Origin: Gemmatimonadota bacterium
GTDB lineage: Bacteria; Gemmatimonadota; Gemmatimonadetes; JACCXV01; JAHWKZ01
Reading direction: 5' to 3'
DNA: 64,000 bases
Assembly (NCBI GenBank): GCA_039588915.1
Contig: JBDGYV010000001.1
Span: forward strand, 26,365 to 90,364
Made by a program: the position numbers and the translations under genes. Below are positions 11,569 to 21,985 of the stretch, in pieces. The notes under the pieces are model-generated. The model did not search any database. It saw only the letters and a program-made list of their open reading frames with translations, and was not told where the DNA came from. Numbering within the stretch: position 1 is the first letter of the stretch; the number at the start of each line of letters is the position of its first letter.

Positions 11569-12029
11569 GCACGGCGCTCACGATCAACCCGTTAGGAAAA
11601 GGGGACTTGGCGTCGGTCGTGTCAATCGAGAAGTCGGTTTACGCGACGCCGTGGCATATCGAGCACTTTGCCGAGATCGTTGACCTGCCAGGTGGCCTAG
11701 GGCTGATCGCATGTGTCGATCCAGGAGAGGTGATTGGCTACGCGGTGGGATGGGTTGCGGCGGACGAGGCTGAGCTGGCGAACATCGCGGTGGTCGCCGA
11801 GCGCCGGGGCCAAGGCGTGGGCGGCCGGTTGCTGAGAGAGATTTCGACGACGGCCCGGAGCCGAGGCGCCAATCGAATGTATCTGGAGGTTCGCAGATCC
11901 AATCGCGACGCCCAGCGGTTCTACGCAAACCACGGCTTTGACCGGGTCGGCCGCCGAACCGGCTACTACTTTGGGCCTCGAGAAGACGCGTTGGTCATGG
12001 CGGTTGACCTCGTCGAGAGGGAGGGATAG
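11565..12029 (+). CDS. rimI: Ribosomal-protein-alanine N-acetyltransferase (GNAT)
   Basis: TTG overlaps the tsaB stop (TTGA). The GNAT motif RRGQGVGGRLL is present. It follows tsaE-tsaB as in the canonical operon. Confidence 0.75.
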   Translation: MSTALTINPLGKGDLASVVSIEKSVYATPWHIEHFAEIVDLPGGLGLIACVDPGEVIGYAVGWVAADEAELANIAVVAERRGQGVGGRLLREISTTARSRGANRMYLEVRRSNRDAQRFYANHGFDRVGRRTGYYFGPREDALVMAVDLVEREG

Positions 12030-12054
12030 GCTTCGTTGATTACGGCCACACCCT

Positions 12055-12921
12055 ATGAGTTGGTTTAAGCGCGACAAGAAGAAGATCGAGGCGACCACCG
12101 CCCGGAAGGAACTACCGGGGGAACTGTGGCACAAGTGCCCTTCGTGTGGTGACATCCTCTACCGCAAGGACTTGGCGGCACGAGTCTCTGTGTGCGGCAA
12201 CTGTGGGCACCATTTTCGAGTTGGAACGGACGATTACCTCAGGTTGCTGTTGGATCAGGGATCGTTCCAGGAGTTTGACGCAGATCTCGCAAGCGTAGAC
12301 GCGTTGGAGTTTGTCGACTCCAAGTCGTACGCTCAACGGTTGGAAGAATATCGCGGCAAAACTGGACGCAACGACGCAATCGTCTGTGGCTTGGGAACAA
12401 TTGACGACGTCGAGGTCTCGATCGGTGTCATGGATTTCGGCTTCATGGGCGGTAGCATGGGTTCGGTCGTCGGTGAGAAAGTGGCACGCGCGATCGAACG
12501 TGCGATCGAGCGCCAAATCCCGCTCGTGATTGTCTCCGCCAGCGGGGGCGCACGAATGCAGGAGGGCGTCCTCTCGCTCATGCAGATGGGTAAGACGAGC
12601 ACGCTGCTGGCAGAGTTGGCGACTAAGGCGTTGCCGTTTGTCGCGGTTGACACTGATCCGACGACGGGCGGTGTCACCGCTTCATATGCCATGCTCGGTG
12701 ACGTGATCTACGCCGAACCGCATGCGCAAATCGGTTTCGCGGGTCCACGGGTGATAAAGCAGACGATCGGAGAGGATCTGCCCGACGAATTCCAAACCGC
12801 CGAGTTCTTACTCGAACATGGGTTCGTGGACGCCGTTGTTCCACGCGACCGGCTGAAGCGCACGATCTCGCACACGCTGCGTTGGATGCTGGGGCGGGAG
12901 GCATTGGCCGAAGAGGAGTGA
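12055..12921 (+). CDS. accD: Acetyl-CoA carboxylase carboxyltransferase beta subunit
   Basis: N-terminus MSWFKRDKKK. The Zn ribbon CPSCG..CGNCGHH and the carboxyltransferase domain are present. Confidence 0.95.
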   Translation: MSWFKRDKKKIEATTARKELPGELWHKCPSCGDILYRKDLAARVSVCGNCGHHFRVGTDDYLRLLLDQGSFQEFDADLASVDALEFVDSKSYAQRLEEYRGKTGRNDAIVCGLGTIDDVEVSIGVMDFGFMGGSMGSVVGEKVARAIERAIERQIPLVIVSASGGARMQEGVLSLMQMGKTSTLLAELATKALPFVAVDTDPTTGGVTASYAMLGDVIYAEPHAQIGFAGPRVIKQTIGEDLPDEFQTAEFLLEHGFVDAVVPRDRLKRTISHTLRWMLGREALAEEE

Positions 12922-14258
12922 GCAGCTACGAGCAAGCGCTGAGCGAGCTGCACGGGTTGGAACAGTTCGGAATCCGCCTGGGTCTCGACAACGTCCACGC
13001 CTACTGCGAGGCCGCGGGGCATCCCGAGAACCGGGTCCCTTACGTGCAGGTGGCCGGCACCAACGGCAAGGGAACAACAGCTGCTTGCTTGTCTTCTCTG
13101 GGAACGGCCAACGGCGTAAGGACCGGTTGCTACACGTCGCCCCATCTGGTGGACTTCCGGGAGCGCATCACCATCGATGGTGAGCCCATCTCCGCTTCGG
13201 CGCTGACCGACGGCTGGGAGCGGGTGCGCGAGTTTGTGATTGAGCGTGAGATGACGTTCTTTGAGGCTACGACGCTGATCGCGATCGAGTATTTCGCCGA
13301 TCAAGAGATAGACGTCGGGGTTCTTGAAGTCGGTCTCGGAGGTCGACTGGACGCGACCACGATCGTCAAGCAGCGGGCGACGGTGATCACCAATATCGCT
13401 TTCGATCACCAAGAGCATCTCGGTGACGACCTGGTCACGATCGCTGGCGAGAAAGCGGGGACCTTCAAACCCGGGGTGCTGGTGTTCGTCGGCGACCCGC
13501 GTCCACCAGCGGTACGCGCTGCGTTGACACAGCATGCGGCCCGGATCGATGCTCCGATTCGGTTCTTCGAGGACGAGGTCACGCTCTCAGTGCGCCAGAC
13601 GACTCCATCGAGCACGCTCTTTGATTACGCGGGGCCCAATTTCTCGGCGAGTGGGCTAACACTTCGCGTTGGCGGTGACCATTTTGCGCTCGGAGCGGGC
13701 CTGGCGTTATGGGTCTGGGAGACGTTGACAACACCACCGCAGGATGAAGCAGTGGTTCGCGCTGGATTGGAGTCCGCGTCGCTCCCGGGTCGCGCTGAAT
13801 GGCGGACGGTGGATGGGGTTCCGGTGCTGTTCGACGTAGCCCACAACGAAGCCGCGATGGATCGTCTGGCGGAGTCGGTGCAAGCGATGGACCGCGGACG
13901 GGCAGTGGTGGTGGCTGGGATCATGGCCGATAAGCCGTGGACTGCGATGCTCGATCGATTGCGAAGCGTCGCCAGTCGGGCGTGGTTGTGCGACTTGAGA
14001 ACAGCGCCGGAGTCGCGCCGCATGCAGCACGCTCGAGTTCGCAACAGCCTCGGGCTGAGGCCTTGGGTACGGTGGTCGGACTCGATAGCCGGGGGAGTCG
14101 AGCAGGCGATGTCGGTGGTGCGCCGCGGGGGTGCGGAGTTCGTTCTGGTGACGGGGTCTTTTCACACTGTCGGTGAGGCGCTCGTCGAGCTCAGGTTGGC
14201 GGAGTCCGGTACTCCGTACGCTCCCAAACAGCCGGGTTGTGCGGCGGTTGGAGCATGA
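12918..14258 (+). CDS. folC: Folylpolyglutamate synthase / dihydrofolate synthase
   Basis: GTG at 12918 overlaps the accD stop (GTGA). The P-loop VAGTNGKGTT is a Mur-ligase-family motif. accD-folC synteny is conserved. Confidence 0.85.
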   Translation: MSSYEQALSELHGLEQFGIRLGLDNVHAYCEAAGHPENRVPYVQVAGTNGKGTTAACLSSLGTANGVRTGCYTSPHLVDFRERITIDGEPISASALTDGWERVREFVIEREMTFFEATTLIAIEYFADQEIDVGVLEVGLGGRLDATTIVKQRATVITNIAFDHQEHLGDDLVTIAGEKAGTFKPGVLVFVGDPRPPAVRAALTQHAARIDAPIRFFEDEVTLSVRQTTPSSTLFDYAGPNFSASGLTLRVGGDHFALGAGLALWVWETLTTPPQDEAVVRAGLESASLPGRAEWRTVDGVPVLFDVAHNEAAMDRLAESVQAMDRGRAVVVAGIMADKPWTAMLDRLRSVASRAWLCDLRTAPESRRMQHARVRNSLGLRPWVRWSDSIAGGVEQAMSVVRRGGAEFVLVTGSFHTVGEALVELRLAESGTPYAPKQPGCAAVGA

Positions 14259-15556
14259 GTCGTTTCGATCGGCTTCCCGGAACGCGCGACTTCTATCCCG
14301 ACGAGATGCGGGTCCGCCGATGGATCGAGGATCGCTGGCGCGAGGTGGCGCTTCGCTATGGGTTCGAAGAGTACGATGCGCCGGTGATCGAGCCGCTCGC
14401 GCTGTTTACTGATAAATCCGGCGAGGAGATCGTCGAACAGATCTACTCATTTGTCGATCGTGGCGATCGGCACATCGCGCTCCGCCCTGAGATGACGCCA
14501 TCGCTGGCGCGGATGGTTGCCGCGAGAAGCCAGGGATTGCCTAAGCCGATCAAGTGGTTCTCTATCCCGCGGCTGTTCCGCTATGAGCGCCCGCAACGCG
14601 GTCGCTTTCGCGAGTTTTGGCAGCTCAACCTCGATATCCTCGGTGTCGCGGGTGTCGAAGCCGATGCCGAGATTATGGCCGCCGGTGTCGACGCCCTGCG
14701 GGCGTGTGGTTTGACTGCCGAAGACTTCGAGTTGCGGTACAGCGACCGCCGCGTCCTGGACCTCGTACTGGATGGTCTAGGAATAGACGTCGGAGCGCGC
14801 CCCTCCGTGTACACAGCTCTGGACAAGCTCGTGCGGGTGGGCGAAGAGGCAGTGCTCGCCGAGCTGGCCAAGGCCGGCGTCCCCGATGAAGAGGCGCGTG
14901 TGCTGATGCGCACGATCACCGGACGCCACCTTGATGTGCTCGAAGCGCTGAAACTGCCGACCGAGCGTCTCGAGCGCGAGGTCGATCGGATGACTCGTCT
15001 CGGAGCGTACGTGGAGGCGTACGGTGTTGATGAGTTCTGCGTGTTCGATCTGACGGTGGTCCGCGGTCTTGCGTACTACACCGGTGTTGTCTTCGAGATG
15101 TACGACCGAAAAGGCGCCCTGCGAGCGCTCTGCGGTGGGGGCCGTTACGACGACCTGCTCGAGTCCGTTGGGGGTCAGGCGATGCCGGCGGTTGGATTCG
15201 GGCTGGGTGAGGCGGTTCTTATTGAGCTGCTGGAGGCTCGAGACCGCCTTCCCGTTGGACCGTCGCGTTGCGCGGTGTTTGTGATTCCGGTGTCGGCGGA
15301 CGACCGGAAAGCGGCCATCGAAGTGCTGAGCAAGCTGCGAGGCGCCGGTGTCGCCAGCGATCTGGCGCTACGCGATCAGTCTGTTGCCAAGGCGCTGAAG
15401 CGGGCTACCCAGGCGAGTGCCCGCGCCGCTGTTCTGATTGGTGAGCGGGAGCGTGAGAGTGGTCGCTTGACGTTCAGGGAGCTGGACACCGGGAACGAGA
15501 CAATGCTCACGGTTGAGCAGATCGTCGCGAGGCTCAGCTACGGCGCGCCCGCGTAA
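14255..15556 (+). CDS. hisS: Histidine--tRNA ligase
   Basis: ATG at 14255 overlaps the folC stop (ATGA). MSRFDRLPGTRDFYPDEM is the typical HisS N-terminus. Class II aaRS motifs are present. Confidence 0.95.
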   Translation: MSRFDRLPGTRDFYPDEMRVRRWIEDRWREVALRYGFEEYDAPVIEPLALFTDKSGEEIVEQIYSFVDRGDRHIALRPEMTPSLARMVAARSQGLPKPIKWFSIPRLFRYERPQRGRFREFWQLNLDILGVAGVEADAEIMAAGVDALRACGLTAEDFELRYSDRRVLDLVLDGLGIDVGARPSVYTALDKLVRVGEEAVLAELAKAGVPDEEARVLMRTITGRHLDVLEALKLPTERLEREVDRMTRLGAYVEAYGVDEFCVFDLTVVRGLAYYTGVVFEMYDRKGALRALCGGGRYDDLLESVGGQAMPAVGFGLGEAVLIELLEARDRLPVGPSRCAVFVIPVSADDRKAAIEVLSKLRGAGVASDLALRDQSVAKALKRATQASARAAVLIGERERESGRLTFRELDTGNETMLTVEQIVARLSYGAPA

Positions 15557-15627
15557 GGGGAGAGGTGGGGTGGTGAGGATCGGGCTGATCAGCGACACGC
15601 ACGATCATGTCATCCAGATCGAATTTC

Positions 15628-17202
15628 ATGAGTTCTGAACCGCTCGGTTCTGAAGGGCGGCCAAGATCGTGGATGTTGATCCTCGACTTCGGCGGCCAAT
15701 ACACGCAACTCATCGCGCGCCGCATTCGCGAGCAGCGCGTCTACTGCGAGATCCACCCCTACGATCTGGATCCGGGCACGATTCGGGCTTGGGGACCAGC
15801 AGGGATCATCCTGTCGGGTGGCCCGTCGAGCGTCTACGACGCGGACGCGCCCCAGCCCCCAGCGGGGCTGCTCGATCTTCCGGTGCCGATCCTCGGGATC
15901 TGCTACGGGATGCAGCTGTTGGCGCAGTACGACGGTGGCGGCGTCGAACCCACGACGGAGCGTGAGTACGGTCGCACGACGCTGATCGTTGAGGAACCGG
16001 TCGGCCTGTTCGAGGGGTTCGAGCAAGGTCAGTCGCTCAGCGTTTGGATGAGTCACGGTGACCGGGTCGAAGTGGTGCCCCATCGCTACGTGCGATACGC
16101 GGTCTCGAGCGATCAGACGGTGGCCGCGTTCGGGAATCCCGAGACCCGACGATATGGTGTTCAGTTCCATCCCGAGGTCGTTCACACTGAGCGCGGTGAG
16201 GAGTTGCTATCAAACTTCCTGTTCGACGTTTGCAGTTGTGAGCCGACGTGGACGATGGCGTCTTTCATCGTGCGCGCCGAGCACGCGATCAACGCCCAGG
16301 TTGGTGACCGACAGGTCGTGTGCGGGCTGTCGGGCGGCGTCGACTCGGCAGTGGCTGCAGCTCTCGTGCATCGTGCGATTGGTGATCGTCTGACGTGCAT
16401 CTTCGTTGACACTGGATTGTTGCGAAAAGACGAGCGACTGCAGGTCGAGCGAACGTTCCGCGAGCACTTGGGTTTCCGGCTGGATGTGGTAGACGCCCGA
16501 GGGAGTTTCTTGGCTGACTTGGCCGGCGTAGTCGATCCCGAAGAAAAGCGGCGGCGGATCGGCCATCGTTTCATCGAAGTGTTTGAAACCGCTGCCAGTG
16601 GTATTGGCGACATCGACTTGCTGGTCCAAGGCACGCTGTATCCGGATGTGATCGAATCGCTGTCGGTTAGGGGGCCCTCGGCGACAATAAAGACCCACCA
16701 CAATGTAGGTGGATTGCCTGAAGCGATGCGCCTCGAAATCGTGGAGCCACTGCGCGAACTGTTCAAGGACGAAGTGAGACAGGTGGGGCGTGAGCTGGGG
16801 TTGCCGGAGGAGATTGTCGGGCGGCATCCGTTTCCAGGGCCCGGTCTTGCGATTCGGGTGCTGGGCGAGGTTACGTCCGAACGCGTGAAGTTGCTGCGCC
16901 AAGTTGATGCCATCTACCTACAGGAGATCCGCGCCGCCGGTCTGTACGATCAGATATGGCAGGCATTCGCGGTGTTGTTGCCGGTAAAGGCGGTGGGTGT
17001 GATGGGCGATGCGCGGACGTACGAGCACGTCGTAGCGCTGCGGGCGGTTACTTCGCGAGACGGGATGACGGCCGACTGGTACCCGTTTTCGCCGGATTTC
17101 CTTAGTCGGGTTGCGAACCAGATCATCAACCAGGTTCGTGGCGTCAATCGTGTCACCTATGATGTGTCGAGCAAACCACCGGCGACGATCGAGTGGGAGT
17201 AG
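15628..17202 (+). CDS. guaA: GMP synthase (glutamine-hydrolysing)
   Basis: The GATase domain [18 protein letters not shown] and the PP-loop [11 protein letters not shown] are present. The start is ambiguous among ATGs at 15607, 15628 and 15673. Confidence 0.93.
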   Translation: MSSEPLGSEGRPRSWMLILDFGGQYTQLIARRIREQRVYCEIHPYDLDPGTIRAWGPAGIILSGGPSSVYDADAPQPPAGLLDLPVPILGICYGMQLLAQYDGGGVEPTTEREYGRTTLIVEEPVGLFEGFEQGQSLSVWMSHGDRVEVVPHRYVRYAVSSDQTVAAFGNPETRRYGVQFHPEVVHTERGEELLSNFLFDVCSCEPTWTMASFIVRAEHAINAQVGDRQVVCGLSGGVDSAVAAALVHRAIGDRLTCIFVDTGLLRKDERLQVERTFREHLGFRLDVVDARGSFLADLAGVVDPEEKRRRIGHRFIEVFETAASGIGDIDLLVQGTLYPDVIESLSVRGPSATIKTHHNVGGLPEAMRLEIVEPLRELFKDEVRQVGRELGLPEEIVGRHPFPGPGLAIRVLGEVTSERVKLLRQVDAIYLQEIRAAGLYDQIWQAFAVLLPVKAVGVMGDARTYEHVVALRAVTSRDGMTADWYPFSPDFLSRVANQIINQVRGVNRVTYDVSSKPPATIEWE

Positions 17203-17208
17203 GATCGG

Positions 17209-17586
17209 TTAAGGCTCACTCTGCGGTGGACGCGGGAACTGGGCTGCACGCTGCACGGAGTCAGGGCGGATCGCCGACAGCGAATCCACGCGGGCTTTGA
17301 CTTGTCGGTACAACTCGGCCATGAAGTCGGCGTCAGAGCCATGGGTGGTGGCGAATCGCTCCAGGTCATCCGCGGAAACCTCGAAGTCAGCCAGGATGGC
17401 GCTGCGGCGCAAGCGGTAGGCGGCGGTGTCGGGTAGCATTGCAATTCGCGCGACCACCAGCTCACCGAAGACCTGAGCGAAAGTCCGAGACGAGATCGTC
17501 GTCGGTGCGACGGGCGGCTCGGGCCGATCGTCGCAACCCATCAGGCTGGCGCTCAGGAGCACCACGAGAATCAGACATCGGGACAC
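17209..17586 (-). CDS. Small putative lipoprotein (hypothetical)
   Basis: Minus strand. A GTG at 17586 gives VSRCLILVVLLSASLMGC with a lipobox L-M-G-C. It converges on the guaA stop 7 nt away. It is the only minus-strand gene in the window. Confidence 0.5.
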   Translation of the reverse strand: MSRCLILVVLLSASLMGCDDRPEPPVAPTTISSRTFAQVFGELVVARIAMLPDTAAYRLRRSAILADFEVSADDLERFATTHGSDADFMAELYRQVKARVDSLSAIRPDSVQRAAQFPRPPQSEP

Positions 17587-17673
17587 AGCGCTCAAGATCG
17601 GCTGCCTGGTGTCGACCGGCCAGCGAAGCTCGGCTTGCGGCTGTCTTCGGCGGTTCCCTATCTTGGCCGCCTT

Positions 17674-18582
17674 ATGTTTTCTGTACGAACCACCTCGCGG
17701 CTGGTCTGGGTCTTGCTCGCTGCGGTCACTCTCGTGTTGACCACTCGGGTCGATGACCTCGTTGCTCAGGGACAGGGTCCTCCGTCTAACGCCCTGACGT
17801 TGTTTCATTTGGCCGAAGAGGCGCGATACCACGGTGATGCGAGCACGGCTGAGGTGTGGCTACGGCACGCGGTAGAGCTCGATCCGGACGCTACTACTCT
17901 ACGGCTCGAGTGGGCTTCCGTTTTGTTGCAGCTCGGGCGAACTGAAACCGCCGCCGAAGCGCTCTCTGAGCTCTTGGATACGATCCACGAGTTGGAGCTC
18001 GATCAGCCGGAACGGGCTGCGTCGTATCATCGGCTCCAGGCGATCGTTGCGTCACAGCGTGGCGATCACGACGCCGCTATCGAGTTGTATGAGCGAGCGG
18101 CTCGGTTCGCGCCTCGGGATATTCGGCTCCGATTCCAGCTGATCGGGCTTCATCGGGCGCGGGGCTCGATTGAGGGAACGCTGACTCACCTAAAGACGGC
18201 AGCCGATTTACGACCCCAGTCGGTTGAGTTGCGGGTCGAGATCGGCCGCTTGACGCTCGCTCTCGAACAGTGGTCGGAGGCAGAAGGCCACTTTCGGACG
18301 GTGGTCGCCATGGACGCGGTCAACACTGGTGCTTGGCAAGGCCTTGGGCAGGCGCTGGTTGCCCAGGGTCGTTTGGCGGCCGGGGAGGAGGCTCTTTTGA
18401 CCGGCATCGCAGAGATCCCCGAGTCGGCTCCGCTCCATGAGCAGCTGGGCGACGTCCTTTACGAACAGGATCGTCTCGAGGCAGCACTCGCAGCGTATCG
18501 CAAGGCAGCCCAGCTCACTCCCGCCGGCTCCAGTGATCTGCAAGCCAAGATCGACCGCGCAGAGGCGGCGCTAATCGAGTGA
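17674..18582 (+). CDS. TPR-repeat protein with signal peptide
   Basis: ATG at 17674 gives MFSVRTTSRLVWVLLAAVTLVL. Multiple TPR-like helical repeats are present. The ORF-track start at 17635 is TTG. Confidence 0.6.
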   Translation: MFSVRTTSRLVWVLLAAVTLVLTTRVDDLVAQGQGPPSNALTLFHLAEEARYHGDASTAEVWLRHAVELDPDATTLRLEWASVLLQLGRTETAAEALSELLDTIHELELDQPERAASYHRLQAIVASQRGDHDAAIELYERAARFAPRDIRLRFQLIGLHRARGSIEGTLTHLKTAADLRPQSVELRVEIGRLTLALEQWSEAEGHFRTVVAMDAVNTGAWQGLGQALVAQGRLAAGEEALLTGIAEIPESAPLHEQLGDVLYEQDRLEAALAAYRKAAQLTPAGSSDLQAKIDRAEAALIE

Positions 18583-19304
18583 TCCGAATCCGGGCGTCGC
18601 TTGCGACGGTGCTGTTTGCCGCGTGCACTACAACGCTCCAGACAGAGGCTCGCCGTGCTGCCGAGACGGGAATCGACCCAGCTCCGCTGGTGGCCGAGCT
18701 GCAAGCTCGCTACGCGGAGATCGAGGCCACCAAGCGGATCTTCTCGGTCACACTGATCGAGGGGCGGCGGCGCTTCGCAGGTGATGGTGCGATCGAGTAT
18801 CGCGCCGACCCCAAGACTTTAACCGCGGATGTCTTCGGTCCACATGACACCCCGATATTGCACGTGCGGTTGGTGGGAGAGATGTTGACCGTGCGTTTGC
18901 CCCAGGAAGGCGAGATCCTGACTGGGCGGCTGGGTGACCCAAAGTTCGCCGTTCTGACCGGGGAACGCGCGTTGGCGTCACCCGAGGTGCTGGGAGCGTT
19001 GTTGGGGGCGTACGACATAGCTCGCCTGACCGAGGACGCAGAATGGACCGCAGCGTTCGCAAATGGTGAGCGTCGCACCCTCTATATTTCCCGTGCGGGC
19101 ACCATCCATGCGCTGACCCTTGCGGGGAACTCATCGTGGCTAGTCGAGTATCGTCAGGAACGAGCGGGCCGATTGATCTATCGTGTCCGATTTAGCGATT
19201 TTCAGCCAGTGGATGCGCGTCACACACCCAGAAAAGTCGTTCTGCGCGACTACGTCAAGGAGCGCCAGCTTGTATTCGATGTTCGCAAAGAAGATAGACC
19301 TTAG
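18579..19304 (+). CDS. Putative lipoprotein (LolB-like?)
   Basis: ATG overlaps the TPR gene stop. The signal LATVLFAAC looks like a lipobox. The mature domain is about 220 aa and beta-rich. Function is speculative. Confidence 0.4.
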   Translation: MIRIRASLATVLFAACTTTLQTEARRAAETGIDPAPLVAELQARYAEIEATKRIFSVTLIEGRRRFAGDGAIEYRADPKTLTADVFGPHDTPILHVRLVGEMLTVRLPQEGEILTGRLGDPKFAVLTGERALASPEVLGALLGAYDIARLTEDAEWTAAFANGERRTLYISRAGTIHALTLAGNSSWLVEYRQERAGRLIYRVRFSDFQPVDARHTPRKVVLRDYVKERQLVFDVRKEDRP

Positions 19305-19815
19305 ATCCGTCACGAAGGCGGATTGCTACCGTTGGCTTGCGTTGGGACTTTTCGTGACAGGCTGCGGGTACTCGTTTCGATCCCCGGTGCCGTCGCATTT
19401 GAATACAGTTTACGTGGCGACATTCGACAACGAGACACGTGAGTTTCAGCTTACTCAGCAACTGACCGAACGAATCATAAACGAGTTCCTCGGCGAGTCG
19501 CGACTAGAGCTAGTGAGCGATGAAGACGAAGCGGATCTGGTCATCCAGGGCGCGATTCTCGACTACGAGGAAGAAGCGCTCTCCTACGATCCCGGGGAGA
19601 CGGTGAACCCGGACGTGTTCACGCGCCGCGTGGTACTTAGGATCGATATCGAGCTTCTGGACGAAGTCCGGGAGCAGACGCTGTGGCAGAATCGGGCGTT
19701 GACCGAATGGGGCGAATTCAACGAGGACGAAGGTGAAGACCGGGAGACCGGTATCGAGCGAGCGATTGAAAAGATCGCCGAGGAGGTTCTTCGCCACGTG
19801 GCCGAGGAGTTCTGA
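19279..19815 (+). CDS. lptE: LptE-like LPS-assembly lipoprotein (putative)
   Basis: ATG at 19279 gives MFAKKIDLRSVTKADCYRWLALGLFVTGCGYSFRSP, with a lipobox and the GCGY(S/H)(F/L)R motif common at LptE mature N-termini. Total length is about 178 aa. Confidence 0.45.
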   Translation: MFAKKIDLRSVTKADCYRWLALGLFVTGCGYSFRSPVPSHLNTVYVATFDNETREFQLTQQLTERIINEFLGESRLELVSDEDEADLVIQGAILDYEEEALSYDPGETVNPDVFTRRVVLRIDIELLDEVREQTLWQNRALTEWGEFNEDEGEDRETGIERAIEKIAEEVLRHVAEEF

Positions 19816-20153
19816 TGGGATCGCTCCTGAGGTTGGTACTGCTCGCAGCTGGACTCTACATTGGTTATCTACTCGCGACGCCTCATATCCGGGCATGGCG
19901 CTTCAAAGACGCCATGACCCAATCGGTACGTTTTGCGGACGTGAGCACGACCGAAGCGATGCGGCAGGCACTTCTGGAGTCGGCCGATGAACTCGACGTT
20001 CCGCTATCACCACACCGGCTTCGGGTGCGCGGCCAGCGAGACGGGACAGTGAACATCTCCGCGGCCTGGGAAGAGATCGTCCGCGTGCCCGCGTGGCGGT
20101 TCGGCGAGTGGGTCGACACGCTGCGCTTCGGCTACGAGGTTAGAGGACCGTAA
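19815..20153 (+). CDS. Membrane-anchored hypothetical protein
   Basis: 112 aa. It has an N-terminal TM helix LLRLVLLAAGLYIGYLL. The ATG overlaps the upstream stop. Confidence 0.4.
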   Translation: MGSLLRLVLLAAGLYIGYLLATPHIRAWRFKDAMTQSVRFADVSTTEAMRQALLESADELDVPLSPHRLRVRGQRDGTVNISAAWEEIVRVPAWRFGEWVDTLRFGYEVRGP

Positions 20154-20156
20154 CGG

Positions 20157-20675
20157 ATGAGCCCGCTACTGCAAAAGAAAGTCTTGGTTCTCAACCAGAA
20201 CTACGAACCGTTGTCCGTGTGCCGGGCACAGCGTGCGGTAGTGATGGTCGTTTTAGGTAAGGCCGAGATCGTCGAGCGCTACGACTCCGAGGTGCATTCG
20301 GTATCGTGTGTCGTACCGTTGCCGTCTGTTGTCCGTTTGTCGGTCTACATTCATGCGCCCCAAAAGCGGGTTGCGTTGACTCGTCGTAACGTGCTGCGAC
20401 GGGACAGCTACCGATGCCAGTACTGCGGCACGCGTCGAGGACCGATGACGACGGATCACGTCGTTCCCCGTTCCGCGCGTGGTCGGGACACTTGGACAAA
20501 CTTGGTTTGCGCGTGCGTTCGCTGTAACAATAGGAAGGGAAACCGTACACCCGAACAAGCAGGCCTATCCCTAGCGCGACCGCCCCGACGTCCGCACCCG
20601 TTCACTCACATCACGTACTTCGCATCAGTCCCAGACCAGCGGTGGCGACCTTACCTACTCGTCGGCCGATTCTAG
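20157..20675 (+). CDS. HNH endonuclease family protein
   Basis: 172 aa. HNH motif: CQYCG...DHVVPRSARG..NLVCACVRCNNRKGN. Confidence 0.75.
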   Translation: MSPLLQKKVLVLNQNYEPLSVCRAQRAVVMVVLGKAEIVERYDSEVHSVSCVVPLPSVVRLSVYIHAPQKRVALTRRNVLRRDSYRCQYCGTRRGPMTTDHVVPRSARGRDTWTNLVCACVRCNNRKGNRTPEQAGLSLARPPRRPHPFTHITYFASVPDQRWRPYLLVGRF

Positions 20676-20716
20676 GATCCGCCTGACCGCCTGGTTCCGC
20701 CAACGTACGGAGTAAC

Positions 20717-21985
20717 ATGGAAGAGGTCGCTCACTTCGTCGAAGTCGGACACTTCTTTTTCATCTTCATAGTCGTGTTGCTTTCGGCGAAGCTGATGGGA
20801 GAGCTGTTCGAGCGCATTGGTCAACCGGCGGTACTGGGAGAGCTGGTTGCGGGAGTGATTGTCGGCGCTTCGGTGCTGGGGCTGGTCCCGGTCGACCCAG
20901 CCGATCCGTACGGGGCGATGGTTCACGTCTTGGCGGAGATCGGAGTGGCGATCCTGCTGTTCGAGATCGGTCTCGAGACCGACCTGAGAGAGATGTTCCA
21001 TGTTGGATCGTCGGCATTGACGGTCGCCGTGGTTGGCATCGTGCTCCCATTCCTGTTCGGGTACTTGTTCTGGCACTACTACGAGGGTGGAGCGAGTCTA
21101 ACGGCGATTTTCATTGGCGCTACGCTGACCGCGACATCGGTTGGGATCACCGCACGCGTGCTGACTGATCTTGATAAGATCAACAGCGCCGAGGCGCGGA
21201 TCATCATCGGTGCGGCGGTTATCGACGACATTCTCGGATTGTTGATTCTAGCGGTTGTCGAGGGCCTCGCTTCGACCGGCACGATCTCGGTTGTCGGTGT
21301 TGTCAAGTTATTCTCGCTGGCGGTGGGATTCTTGGCGGTGGCGATGGCGATCGGGCTCTACACGGCACGGTGGATTTTCGAGCTCGTAAACCGGATGCGT
21401 GTGCGCGGGGTGCTGGTCACCTTCGCGCTTGTCTTTGCGCTGATGCTGGCTTTTTTCGCTGATCGCGTAGGGTTGGCTCCGATCGTGGGCGCCTTTGCAG
21501 CCGGCCTCATTCTGTCGAGGACCAATCAGTTCGACACAATCGTCGAACAGATCAAGCCGGTCGCTGATGTCTTTACGCCGATCTTTTTCGTTTCGATTGG
21601 TGCCGCGGTAGATGTGTCGATTCTTGACCCGAGAGTTCCCGAAAATCACGAGATCCTTTTGGTTGGAGCTGGGTTGTTTGTTATCGCCGTGATCGGCAAG
21701 GTGGCGGCCGGCTACAGCGTGATGCGAAGGGAGATCAACAAACTCGTGATCGGCGCGGGAATGGTCCCGCGCGGAGAAGTGGGGTTGATCTTCGCCCAGC
21801 TTGGACTTCTGGGGGGCATTCTCACGCAGGATGTTTTCTCAGCGGTGTTGATCATGGTCATGGCCACGACGCTGGTCACGCCACCGGTCCTCAAGTTGCT
21901 CTTCGAGCGTCAATCAGCTGAGACCGAGCCGTCGGACGAGCACGACCGGCCGCCGGTCCACCCGGGAATGGGTGGCCTCCCCTAA
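20717..21985 (+). CDS. Cation:proton antiporter (CPA2/Kef-NapA type)
   Basis: 422 aa and polytopic, with about 12 TM helices. Typical Na+/H+ exchanger segments LGELVAGVIVG are present. Confidence 0.8.
   Translation: MEEVAHFVEVGHFFFIFIVVLLSAKLMGELFERIGQPAVLGELVAGVIVGASVLGLVPVDPADPYGAMVHVLAEIGVAILLFEIGLETDLREMFHVGSSALTVAVVGIVLPFLFGYLFWHYYEGGASLTAIFIGATLTATSVGITARVLTDLDKINSAEARIIIGAAVIDDILGLLILAVVEGLASTGTISVVGVVKLFSLAVGFLAVAMAIGLYTARWIFELVNRMRVRGVLVTFALVFALMLAFFADRVGLAPIVGAFAAGLILSRTNQFDTIVEQIKPVADVFTPIFFVSIGAAVDVSILDPRVPENHEILLVGAGLFVIAVIGKVAAGYSVMRREINKLVIGAGMVPRGEVGLIFAQLGLLGGILTQDVFSAVLIMVMATTLVTPPVLKLLFERQSAETEPSDEHDRPPVHPGMGGLP

Noticed and set aside
20157-20675. HNH endonuclease as part of a restriction-modification or defence system
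   Set aside because: No methyltransferase, helicase or ATPase partner is adjacent. The neighbours are lipoprotein and transporter genes, and this small HNH family is widespread as a stand-alone gene.
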